A stretch of 64,000 bases of DNA, taken from NCBI GenBank assembly GCA_031411255.1, contig JANOAS010000011.1, positions 36,376 through 100,375 of the forward strand, read 5' to 3'. Source of the stretch: a bacterium. GTDB taxonomy: Bacteria; Verrucomicrobiota; Verrucomicrobiia; Verrucomicrobiales; V1-33. The first letter of the stretch is position 1. Each line of letters starts with the position of its first letter. Shown one piece after another: positions 37,170-45,922 of this stretch. Made by a program: the position numbers and the translations under genes. The notes below the pieces were generated by a model that had not been told where the DNA came from, ran no database searches, and saw nothing but the letters and a program-made list of their open reading frames with translations.

Positions 37170-38459
37170 ATGTCATCCGAATCCAACTCCTCTCTCGTCC
37201 CTCCCCAGCTCATGTGGGGCGGCCTCATTGTCCTCCTCGTTGGACTGGGCATCTCCTTGAATACCAACGGAGATCTCAACGCCAACATCAGGAGCAAGGC
37301 CGGCGAGATCAAGCATTGGATGGGCATTTCAGAGAAGCAGGAGAAGACCATCGAGAGCCAGCTTGGCCAGATCAAGGACAAGGAAACCCTCATCACGGGT
37401 TTGGAGGGCGAGAAGAAGTCCCTCACCCTCAATCTCGATGAGACGGTCACCAAGCTTCGCCAGACCGGCGAGGCCCTGACGAAGGAAAAGGACCGCTCCG
37501 CCGGGCTTGAGCGCCAGCTGCGCGGCGTGGAGGGGGAACTCGCCACGGCGAAGAAAAACAACGACATGCTGACCACGCAGGTCGCCTCCCTGACGAAGGC
37601 GGGCGAGGAGTTGAAGGCAAACGTGGCCGGGCTGACCGGCACCGTCGGCCAGCAGAAGGAAAAGCTCGCCCAGTTTGAAAAAGAACACGCCGCGCTCAAA
37701 GCGGACATCCTTGCCCTGCATCAGCAGGCCGAGGGCCAGAAAACGAAGATCACCGAGCTGGAGGCCGTGCGCGAGGCAGTGAAGCAGGATCTCGTCCTCG
37801 TGGCGAAGAAGGGCGAGGACCAGAGTTCCCACATCGGGATGCTGCAGACCACCATCGACTCGATGACCCGCACACTTTCCGACCTGCGTGAACAGAGCCA
37901 GACCAGCATCAAGGCCAAGGACCTCCTCGCCGCCGAGACCATGAGCCTCAAAAAGCAGCTCGAAGCCGCCGCAGCCGAGGGCGCCAAAAAGGACGCCACC
38001 ATCAAGAGCCAGCAGACCTCCCTCGCCACTCTTGAGCAGGAGAAAAAGGACCTGACTGCCACCAAGGACAAGCTCACCGCCCAGGTCGTTGAGCTGACGA
38101 AGAAAATCGCCGACATGATGCAAAGCGGCCAGAAGCAGGACTCCGCCCTGAATGAAGCAGGCAAGGAAAAGGCCGGCTTGAAGACTTCCAACGACAAGCT
38201 CGTTGGCGAACTTTCCGAGATGACCCGCCGCCTCACCCAGCTGACCATGGAGAGCGACACCCAGCAGAAGCGCGTCGCCCAGATCATGGACGAGCGCAAC
38301 ATGGCCAATGGCCAGCGCGACGCACTCAAACAGCAGTACAATGAGCTGGCCAAACAGCTTGAAGCTCTGAACCGCCAGCTCGCCCAGCTCGAAGGCCGCA
38401 CCGGCCCCCAGCAGCCTGGTTCACGGAACATCCCTTCCGTTGAGCGCGCCCTGCCCTGA
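37170..38459 (+). CDS. membrane-anchored long coiled-coil protein
   Basis: N-terminal TM helix followed by about 380 aa of heptad-rich K/E/Q/L sequence. Confidence 0.6.
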   Translation: MSSESNSSLVPPQLMWGGLIVLLVGLGISLNTNGDLNANIRSKAGEIKHWMGISEKQEKTIESQLGQIKDKETLITGLEGEKKSLTLNLDETVTKLRQTGEALTKEKDRSAGLERQLRGVEGELATAKKNNDMLTTQVASLTKAGEELKANVAGLTGTVGQQKEKLAQFEKEHAALKADILALHQQAEGQKTKITELEAVREAVKQDLVLVAKKGEDQSSHIGMLQTTIDSMTRTLSDLREQSQTSIKAKDLLAAETMSLKKQLEAAAAEGAKKDATIKSQQTSLATLEQEKKDLTATKDKLTAQVVELTKKIADMMQSGQKQDSALNEAGKEKAGLKTSNDKLVGELSEMTRRLTQLTMESDTQQKRVAQIMDERNMANGQRDALKQQYNELAKQLEALNRQLAQLEGRTGPQQPGSRNIPSVERALP

Positions 38460-38603
38460 GGGATTCCCCCCGGTCAACCGGGCGGCGCCAGCGCCCCCCG
38501 GCCTCCCCGTGCGTGAAGGCGGCCGCCCGCATTGATGAATCGCCCCTTGTCAGAGTGGTGGGATGAGTCCAGTGTGCCCGCCCACCCGATTCTTGAGAAT
38601 AGC

Positions 38604-39419
38604 ATGAGCCGCACGGTTTCTTTTTGGAAAATGAACGGAGCCGGGAACGACTTTGTCGTTCTCGACAACCGCACGAATGCCTGGCAGTTGAGCCGGGAGG
38701 ACATCGCGCGCCTGTGTGACCGTCACCGCGGTGTGGGGTCAGACGGTCTGCTGGCCGTGGAGCCTGCGGAGGCCGGTGCGGACTACCGCATGCGCTACTA
38801 CAATGCCGACGGCGGCGAGGCCGAAATGTGCGGCAATGGCGCGCGCTGCTTTGCCCGGTTCGTCAACAAGCTCAATAATTTCACCCTCCCCTCCGTCAGT
38901 TTCGAGACGATGGCCGGGGTCATCGGTGCCGAGTTCCACGGGGACCACGTCCGCCTCGCCATGAGCGAGCCCCACAGCCTGGCGCTGAACGAAACCCTCG
39001 AGGTCAACGGACAAACCCTCATCGTTCACTCGGTCAACACCGGCGTGCCGCACGCCGTCGTTTTTGTGGATGATCTGGACGCCGTGGATGTGCGCGGCCT
39101 CGGGGCCGGGTTGCGCTACCACCCGCGATTCGCGCCCAAGGGGACTAATGCCAACTTTGTCAAAGTGACCGGGCCCAACTCCATCACCATCCGCACCTAC
39201 GAGCGCGGGGTTGAGGACGAGACCCTCGCCTGCGGCACCGGCATGTGCGCCTGCGCCCTGGTTCACTCCCTGCTCAACGGAGCCAGCTCGCCCGTCGCCG
39301 TCCTGGTGAAGGGTGGGGACACGCTCAGCATCGGATTTCAGAAAGAGGGGGACACCCTCTCCGCAGTCACCCTGACCGGTCCGGCCGACCTCGTTTACGA
39401 GGGCCGGATCACGATCTAA
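38604..39419 (+). CDS. dapF: diaminopimelate epimerase
   Basis: MNGAGNDF N-terminus, catalytic Cys motifs (CGNGARC, ACGTGMCA) and an adjacent dapA. Confidence 0.9.
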   Translation: MSRTVSFWKMNGAGNDFVVLDNRTNAWQLSREDIARLCDRHRGVGSDGLLAVEPAEAGADYRMRYYNADGGEAEMCGNGARCFARFVNKLNNFTLPSVSFETMAGVIGAEFHGDHVRLAMSEPHSLALNETLEVNGQTLIVHSVNTGVPHAVVFVDDLDAVDVRGLGAGLRYHPRFAPKGTNANFVKVTGPNSITIRTYERGVEDETLACGTGMCACALVHSLLNGASSPVAVLVKGGDTLSIGFQKEGDTLSAVTLTGPADLVYEGRITI

Positions 39420-39439
39420 CCCAAGCCACCAACACGACC

Positions 39440-40324
39440 ATGCCCTCGTTCGCCGGAACCCACACTGCCCTCGTCACTCCGTTCAAAAAGAACAAGATCG
39501 ACAAGGCGGCCTTCAAGCGGCTGGTGGACGCCCAGTTCACCGGCGGAGTCACCGGCGTCGTCCCGTGCGGCACCACGGGAGAGTCCCCCACGCTCACCCA
39601 CGAGGAGCACAGTGAGGTCATCGCCCTCGCCATTGAGTACACGAAAGGCCGCGGCCCCGTCATTGCCGGCACCGGATCAAATTCGACCGCCGAAGCTATT
39701 TCCCTGACCAAGGCCGCCGAAAAAGCCGGTGCCAACGCCTCGCTCCAGGTCTGCCCGTATTATAACAAGCCCTCCCAGGAAGGCCTTTATCAGCATTTCA
39801 AGGCCGTCGCGAAAGCCACCAAGCTCCCGATCATCCTCTACAGCATCCCGGGCCGCAGCGGTATCGAGATCGCCGTGGACACCTGCGCCCGCCTCGCGGC
39901 GGACTGCAAGAACATCGTCGCCGTCAAGGAGGCCGGCGGCTCCGTCGAGCGCGTCAGCCAGATCCTCGCCGCCTGCCCGGCCGGCTTCGAGGTCCTGTCC
40001 GGGGATGACAGCCTGACCCTGCCCTTCATGTCCGTCGGTGCCGTCGGCGTCATCAGCGTCGCGTCGAACCTCATCCCCAAAGAGATGAGCGACCTCGTCC
40101 GCGCCATGCTGGAAAACCGCTGGCACGACTCCCTGGCCATCCAGCGGAAGTTCTACAAGCTCTTCGCCGCCTTCCTGAAGCTGGATACGAATCCGGTGCC
40201 GATCAAGACCGCCCTCGGTCTGGCCGGCCGCATGGATCCCGCCCTGCGCCTGCCCATGGTCGCCATGGCTCCGGAAAAAGCCGCCGAGCTGAAGAAAACC
40301 ATGGAGAGCCTCGGCCTCCTTTGA
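39440..40324 (+). CDS. dapA: 4-hydroxy-tetrahydrodipicolinate synthase
   Basis: DHDPS motifs (GTTGES, active-site Lys in IVAVKEAGG) in a 294-aa protein. Confidence 0.9.
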   Translation: MPSFAGTHTALVTPFKKNKIDKAAFKRLVDAQFTGGVTGVVPCGTTGESPTLTHEEHSEVIALAIEYTKGRGPVIAGTGSNSTAEAISLTKAAEKAGANASLQVCPYYNKPSQEGLYQHFKAVAKATKLPIILYSIPGRSGIEIAVDTCARLAADCKNIVAVKEAGGSVERVSQILAACPAGFEVLSGDDSLTLPFMSVGAVGVISVASNLIPKEMSDLVRAMLENRWHDSLAIQRKFYKLFAAFLKLDTNPVPIKTALGLAGRMDPALRLPMVAMAPEKAAELKKTMESLGLL

Positions 40325-40359
40325 ACCGGCCTCCCCTCGATGAAGGGGAGACCGCCACC

Positions 40360-40689
40360 ATGACCGAGCCCGAGGCCAGTTCGTGGAGTTCACGCGCCTA
40401 CGAGCGCGAGCTGGTTGATCGTGTCTGGCAGTGCGCCCAGTCCATCCCCGGCAACGACCCCGAACTCTGGCGCAAAGACGAGTGCGGTGCCTGGATGCAC
40501 CGGCTCGACTACGCCAACCGCCGCTCCCAGTTCGGCTGGGAAGTCTGCGACGCCTCCCTCGGTCGCGGCTCCAGCGGCGTCGCCGCCCTCCGCCCCCTCC
40601 AGTGGCAGAACTACCTCGACCAGGTCGCCGCAGACACCCAGTCCCGAGTCACCGCCGACGGCCTGCGCAACGTCCGCCGGCTGATTTGA
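40360..40689 (+). CDS. small HNH-nuclease-like protein (degenerate motif)
   Basis: WRKDECGAWMHRLDYANRRSQFGWEVCDASLGRGSSGVAALRPLQWQN resembles the YajD-type HNH signature (WEVDHIxP..GG...NL.PLHW.NN), but the canonical His of DH is absent. Confidence 0.45.
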   Translation: MTEPEASSWSSRAYERELVDRVWQCAQSIPGNDPELWRKDECGAWMHRLDYANRRSQFGWEVCDASLGRGSSGVAALRPLQWQNYLDQVAADTQSRVTADGLRNVRRLI

Positions 40690-40768
40690 GCGGGGTGGCC
40701 ACCGGGCATGGGACGAGGAAGGGAGACTGAGTTCTCGCCCCATTCTGCAAGCTCCCTCGTGTGCCAGG

Positions 40769-42286
40769 TCATTCTTCCTCCTCCCCGGTCCCATCTTCGG
40801 GCAAAGTGCAGCGCACCCTGCCCTCAGTGTCGTGCACGGTGATCAGCCCGCCGAACGGCCCCGCTGCGGCCGAGACTCCGTCCTGACCGGTGTGATTGAG
40901 AAGGAGGACTGAAGATTCATCAAACGTCCCCAGCCGTGCCCGGGGAAATCCGAGATCGTTGTTCAGCGTGAGCTGGCCGCCATGGTCGCTGCCACCGAGC
41001 GCGGCCAGCGTCGTGCCATCCGCCGAGCCCAGCACGACCGAACCCGCCGCCGTGCCTCCGTTGATTGAGGCGGTGCCCGCACTTTCCACCTGGCCCAGCG
41101 CCGTGACCACCCCGCCATGTTCCGCATGACCGAGGTGGACGAGCGTGTGCGAGTCCCGGACAAGGCCCACGCTGACGCTCTCCTGTTTGGCCAGGAGGCA
41201 GACCTGGCTGTCCTTGTTGCCGGGCTGAAACACCGAAAAGGCGTTCAGCATTGGAGTGGCGAGGGCGCGGATTCCCTCCGTTTTCCCCGCCGAGGTGAGG
41301 GAGAACGAGGCGTTCCGCAAGTCGTCGAAGTAACCCAGGCTGGCGACTTTTACCCCTGCTTGATCCAGCAGCTCGATGCTGGCGGCGTTCGCGGTCACCT
41401 GGAGGTCGATCCCGCGCGTGCCGTCCGGCCGGTCCAGCGTGAGGCTGGGCCCGAGAGCCGCATGACTGCTCAGCGCGGCCTGCCCCCCACTCGCCGGATC
41501 CTCGCCCCGGTAGGTGAAGAGCTGGGCCAGCTCCTCAGTCGCCACCATGGCCGCCGTCGTTCCGTGCCCCTGTTCCGGGCTGCGGATGAGCATCGCCGTG
41601 GCGCCGGCACGTGCCGTGATGACCGCGCAGTCCCGCCGCTCCGGCGTGCCTGCTGCGATCATGCTGCCGCCCTCATCCACGCGCAGCGCCATCAGTGTGC
41701 GTCCCGAGGGCTGGGCAAAGAGCAGCTCCGTCGCGCCGAAGCTGCCTTCTTCCGAGGAGGGGTCGCCCTGTTTGTGGATCAGCACCGCTCGGGCTTTCCC
41801 GTCTGGCTGCGTCACCCCCATGGATCCACCGCCGGGCTGCGCCTTCATCACCGCGCCGGGCTTGTGGCCCGGTGCGAACACCGCCGCCACCCCGTGGTCA
41901 TTCTGCACCGTCAGCTGGACTCTCGGTTTGTAGTCCGCCCCCTGCAGCCTGAGATCCACGTCATCACTTCCGTCATACCCGATAAAGACTCCGACGTGCG
42001 TTTCGTCCCGGGTGCAGTTGATCATGTGCAGGAAGGGCCGCTTTTCACTCGTGCCGAGGTGCACTGCGATGAAACGCTGATCCTCCGCCGGTCGCACCAC
42101 CAGCCCCGTGCATTCCACCTCCGCATACCGGACGCCATCCTCCTCATAAATGGAGATCACCTTCTCCAGCCCCCGCAGTTGCTTCTTCGCCTCGTCCAGT
42201 TCAGATCTGAGCGTTTCAACGACAGCGGCAAGTTCTTCAAGCGTGGGCGTGGACATGGCGACGACGGGGGTTGTTGACTGGATCAA
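40769..42286 (-). CDS. hypothetical protein with an N-terminal coiled coil
   Basis: 505-aa ORF with a leucine-zipper-like N-terminus, a Gly/Ala/Thr-rich beta-like body and an acidic C-terminus. No known domain recognised. Confidence 0.5.
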   Translation of the reverse strand: MIQSTTPVVAMSTPTLEELAAVVETLRSELDEAKKQLRGLEKVISIYEEDGVRYAEVECTGLVVRPAEDQRFIAVHLGTSEKRPFLHMINCTRDETHVGVFIGYDGSDDVDLRLQGADYKPRVQLTVQNDHGVAAVFAPGHKPGAVMKAQPGGGSMGVTQPDGKARAVLIHKQGDPSSEEGSFGATELLFAQPSGRTLMALRVDEGGSMIAAGTPERRDCAVITARAGATAMLIRSPEQGHGTTAAMVATEELAQLFTYRGEDPASGGQAALSSHAALGPSLTLDRPDGTRGIDLQVTANAASIELLDQAGVKVASLGYFDDLRNASFSLTSAGKTEGIRALATPMLNAFSVFQPGNKDSQVCLLAKQESVSVGLVRDSHTLVHLGHAEHGGVVTALGQVESAGTASINGGTAAGSVVLGSADGTTLAALGGSDHGGQLTLNNDLGFPRARLGTFDESSVLLLNHTGQDGVSAAAGPFGGLITVHDTEGRVRCTLPEDGTGEEEE

Positions 42287-42484
42287 TCATACCCCCGCCA
42301 GCCGCCTCACGCAAAAGCAGAATGCCAGGAAGTCGCCAGCGGGGGCCCTGGAAAGTGCTGGTTGGGACGTGGCAATTGCGAAGAGACCTGGCCATAAACG
42401 GGCCGGGGAAGAGCAGGCACCGGAGGCCTGTTCCTCTAAACCCGGCATGGCTTCCGCCGGTGGTGAGTGAGACAGGAAAAGGGG

Positions 42485-43500
42485 CTACAAACCATCCAGA
42501 TCCAGCCGGCCAAGCCGCGCCAGAACCGCTGCGAATTCCCAGCCGTTAACTAGCACAATGGGCTTTTTCGCCTTTTCCGCAGCCTCAGCCATGGCAGCTT
42601 TGGTGAAAAAGGAGGTCGTAACCACCGCCCCGTGGGCGTGTGGTTGAAGGCTGCCTCGAAGTTCTGCGACCTCCCTTCTGCCGACAGTGTGGAGCCAGCG
42701 TTTCGCCTGCACTTGGACCAGCCCGCCACGATACGGCCAGAGTGTCTGACCGGCGAAGGCGTTGACATCCACTCCTCCGTCTCCGGAAAAACGGGTTGCA
42801 GACACACGTTCGAAGCCGCTTGCCGCCAGAGCATCTCTTACAATGTGTTCGAACCTTTCTGGCGTCACCGCCAGCAATGACCGCCGAATGCGCTCCGCTA
42901 CAGCGGCGTCCAGCGGTTTGTCCTCGGCGAGCCCCACGGACGGGGAAACCACCACTTCACGTTCTCCATCGTCGAGGGAGCCAGGATCGATCCGTGTGCG
43001 GGAAAAAAGCTCTCTGTCCTCGTCGGGGGTCACGGTTGCGGGATCATCGTGGATGAACATTTCGAAAACCAGGGCCTCCCGTTCTTCACCACGGATGTCG
43101 ACCTGTTTTTCCATGTAGTGCCTGAGGTATTGCAGGAGGCCGAGAAACCTCCAGCGCCGCGTCCCCAGTGCCGCGTTCCGGCGGCTGCCGATGTTGCAAA
43201 AGCCGTACACTGGAAACATCCTCTCGTCCTGTTCCAACAGCCTTCGGTTGATGCCGGATATGAGCTGCCTCCCCTCCCGCCCCGCGGCCGTGTAGACGAG
43301 CACGCTACCTTCCACCCGGTCACATGGTAGGGATTCTCTCGCAGTATGCGAGCCGAGGGCTCGGAGGTCATCACGACGAGGCGACGAATGTCCCCCTCTG
43401 GGGAAACGCTGGGGCGAATGCCGCCCGCGTTGCCAACCTTCAGGCTGCGGTAGACCTCTTCGTGGGTGTAGTTCTCGCCAACTTGAAAGACCTTTGCCAT
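42485..43500 (-). pseudogene. Mrr-type (Mrr_cat, PD-(D/E)xK) restriction endonuclease gene with an apparent frameshift
   Basis: C-terminal Mrr_cat signature (FEHIVRDALAASGFERV...DGGVDVNA...LVQVQAKRW...VVTTSFFTKAA). The sensible N-terminal 63 aa (MAKVFQVGENYTHEEVYRSLKVGNAGGIRPSVSPEGDIRRLVVMTS...) are in the +1 frame and end exactly where the main ORF begins (about 43311-43315, near a ccc/ggg run). Confidence 0.6.
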
Positions 43501-43590
43501 GTTGACATGTGGACTACCCGATGTGCGTCGTCATCATTTTGTTGAAGCGGTCGAGGAAATTCTCAAGCTGCCCCCGGGTGCACCGCTCCC

Positions 43591-45666
43591 TCACCGGAAC
43601 AACCCCCGAATCGCATCCCACAAAGAGCGTGAGGGGGCGCTGGAGCCGCCGGGGCTGCGCTTGCGGTCTTCGCGCCAGCCGGGGTGTTCGGGGCAGGGGG
43701 AGTTGGGGATGAGGTCGACGGGGATGTCGAGTTCGACGGCTTTGCCGGCGTTGCGGCAGCCGGTGGTGGCGAGTCGGCTGGTCCAGGCGCAGACTTCCAC
43801 GCGCTCGGTGGGGACGTCGGGCAGGGGGCTTTCCTCCGGGTAGCCGAGTTTCTGGGCGGTCTTCATGACGTCGACCCAGACGGGCAGGGCGAGCTTGCTG
43901 CCGTAGCCCTGGGAGGCGATTTTCTCCGGCTGGTCCATGCCGACCCAGACGCCGCAGGTGAGGCGGCGGTTGAAGCCGACGAACCAGGCGTCCTTGTAGG
44001 CGTCGGTGGTGCCGGTTTTCCCGGCGGCAGGCCCCTTGTAGCCGAGGGAGCGGGCGTAGGCGCCGGTGCCGGACGGGGTGAGGACCTTTTCCATCATCTT
44101 TGTCGTCAGGTAGCTGGCTCCGGGGGAGAGTGCGCGGTAGCCGGCGGGTTCGTTCAGGAAAAGGACTTCGCCGGCGGCGTTTTCGATGCGCTGGATGGTG
44201 AACGGACGGTTCCGGATTCCGGCGTTGGGAAAGACGCTGTAGGCGCTGGTGAGGTCGCGCAGTTTCGCGCCGAGGTTCCCAATGAATACCTGCGGGCTGC
44301 GGCTCTCGATTTCGCCCAAGCCCACCTGCCGGGCCACGGCGAGAACTTTGTCGATGCCGGCGTAGTCGCCGACGCGGGCGGTCATGGTGTTCCGGGATTT
44401 GTAGAGGCCGTACTCGATGGGCTGGAGGCCGCCGAAGCCTCCATCGGAATTCTTCGGCGACCATCCGGCCAGGGTGATGGGGCCGTCATCCACCAGAGTG
44501 GTGGGGAACATGCCCTGCTCGATGGCGGCGGCGTAGACGAAGGGCTTGAAGGTGGAGCCCACCTGGCGCTCACTCTGCATCGCCCGGCTGTAGCGGCTCT
44601 GGTGAAAGTCCCGCCCGCCCACGATGGCGACGATGCCGCCGCTGGCATTGTCGATGACGGTGACGGCTCCCTGAAGGTAGTCCGGGGATTTCCCGGCGGT
44701 GCGGCCTGCGGCGGCCTCGGCGTCCCAGTGCGCCTTGGTCGGGTGGTCGTAGCCGCCGGTTTTTTCGACGTCCAGCAGCCGGGAGGCGAGGGATTTCTCC
44801 GCAGCGGCCTGGAGGTCGAGGTCGAGCGTGGTGTGGATGCGCAGTCCGCCGTCCTCCTGGTCCTCCGTGTCGAGCACGCGGTCGAGATCCCGCCGGACGG
44901 CATCCAGTGCGTAGGACTCCTGGGTGGAGGTGTCAGGCGGGGGCTGAATTTTCGTTTTCACCGCCTTCGCTTTAGCCGCATCTGCGCTGGTCAGCCGTCC
45001 TTTCGAAACCATGCGGTCCAGCACCACATCGCGCTCGCCCCGGGCCTCGTCCGGGTGGGCAAAGGGGGAGAACTTGTTCGGCCCGCGAATGATGCCCGCC
45101 AGCAGGGCGCTTTCATCCAGGGTCATCTTCGCCGCAGGCTTGCCGAAGTACGCCTGCGAGGCGCGCTCGACGCCGTAGATGCCGTTGCCGAAAAAGATGC
45201 GGTTCACGTAGTGGCCCAGGAGCTGCTCCTTGGTGAAGTGGCTCTCCAGCCGCCGGGCCAGGGCGATCTCCACGAGCTTGCGGTGGAGGGATTTCGCCTT
45301 CAGGTCGGGAAAGCTGTTCCTTGCGAGCTGCATGGTGATCGTGCTCGCGCCTTGCGTAAACCGGCGGTCCTTCAGGTTCCGCACCATGGCCCGGCCTATG
45401 CCGATGAAGTCAACGCCGCCGTGCTTGTAAAACCGGTCGTCCTCCCGTGCGAGGAGTGCGGCCACGAAGTTCGGCGACACCTGGTCGAACTCGACCACGA
45501 TCCGGTTTTCCCCAAAGAGCCGCCCCATCGTCCGCCCGCGCACGTCCAGCACGGTGGACCGCTCGGGCATTTTCCCCAGCTCGTTCAGGTCAAAACCGCG
45601 AGCGATGCTGCTGTAGACGATCCAGAGCAAAATGGAGCCCGCCAGCCCCGCCACCGCAGCCAGCAT
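43591..45666 (-). CDS. mrcA: class A penicillin-binding protein (PBP1A-type transglycosylase/transpeptidase)
   Basis: GT51 motif REDDRFYKHGGVD, transpeptidase STFKPF and KTGTT. Start set at ATG 45666 before the TM helix. The ORF-track Pro-rich 5' extension overlaps the neighbouring giant gene and is rejected. Confidence 0.75.
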   Translation of the reverse strand: MLAAVAGLAGSILLWIVYSSIARGFDLNELGKMPERSTVLDVRGRTMGRLFGENRIVVEFDQVSPNFVAALLAREDDRFYKHGGVDFIGIGRAMVRNLKDRRFTQGASTITMQLARNSFPDLKAKSLHRKLVEIALARRLESHFTKEQLLGHYVNRIFFGNGIYGVERASQAYFGKPAAKMTLDESALLAGIIRGPNKFSPFAHPDEARGERDVVLDRMVSKGRLTSADAAKAKAVKTKIQPPPDTSTQESYALDAVRRDLDRVLDTEDQEDGGLRIHTTLDLDLQAAAEKSLASRLLDVEKTGGYDHPTKAHWDAEAAAGRTAGKSPDYLQGAVTVIDNASGGIVAIVGGRDFHQSRYSRAMQSERQVGSTFKPFVYAAAIEQGMFPTTLVDDGPITLAGWSPKNSDGGFGGLQPIEYGLYKSRNTMTARVGDYAGIDKVLAVARQVGLGEIESRSPQVFIGNLGAKLRDLTSAYSVFPNAGIRNRPFTIQRIENAAGEVLFLNEPAGYRALSPGASYLTTKMMEKVLTPSGTGAYARSLGYKGPAAGKTGTTDAYKDAWFVGFNRRLTCGVWVGMDQPEKIASQGYGSKLALPVWVDVMKTAQKLGYPEESPLPDVPTERVEVCAWTSRLATTGCRNAGKAVELDIPVDLIPNSPCPEHPGWREDRKRSPGGSSAPSRSLWDAIRGLFR

Positions 45667-45922
45667 GGCCAGCCGCGCAGGCCAGCGCAGCCACCAAGCC
45701 CAGTCGGCCGGGCGGCGCCAGAGGGCGAGAACGTATCCGCTCAGCCCGCGCGGTGGCGGGCTGTCTGGTGAGCTGCTGGAGGAGGAGGGCACGGGAAAAG
45801 TGGGAGGCGGGCTGGAGTGAAATGAACGGGGGGACTGAGCGGGAACATAGCACAGAGTGAGGCGCAGGGCAGGGGCGGGGATTTGGATCGCGCGATGGCC
45901 AAAAACAAACCGTGGCGGCGAA

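Noticed and set aside
43684-45771. 695-aa + strand ORF opposite the class A PBP gene
   Set aside because: Antisense to a canonical PBP1A. Gly/Ala/Val-rich artefact.
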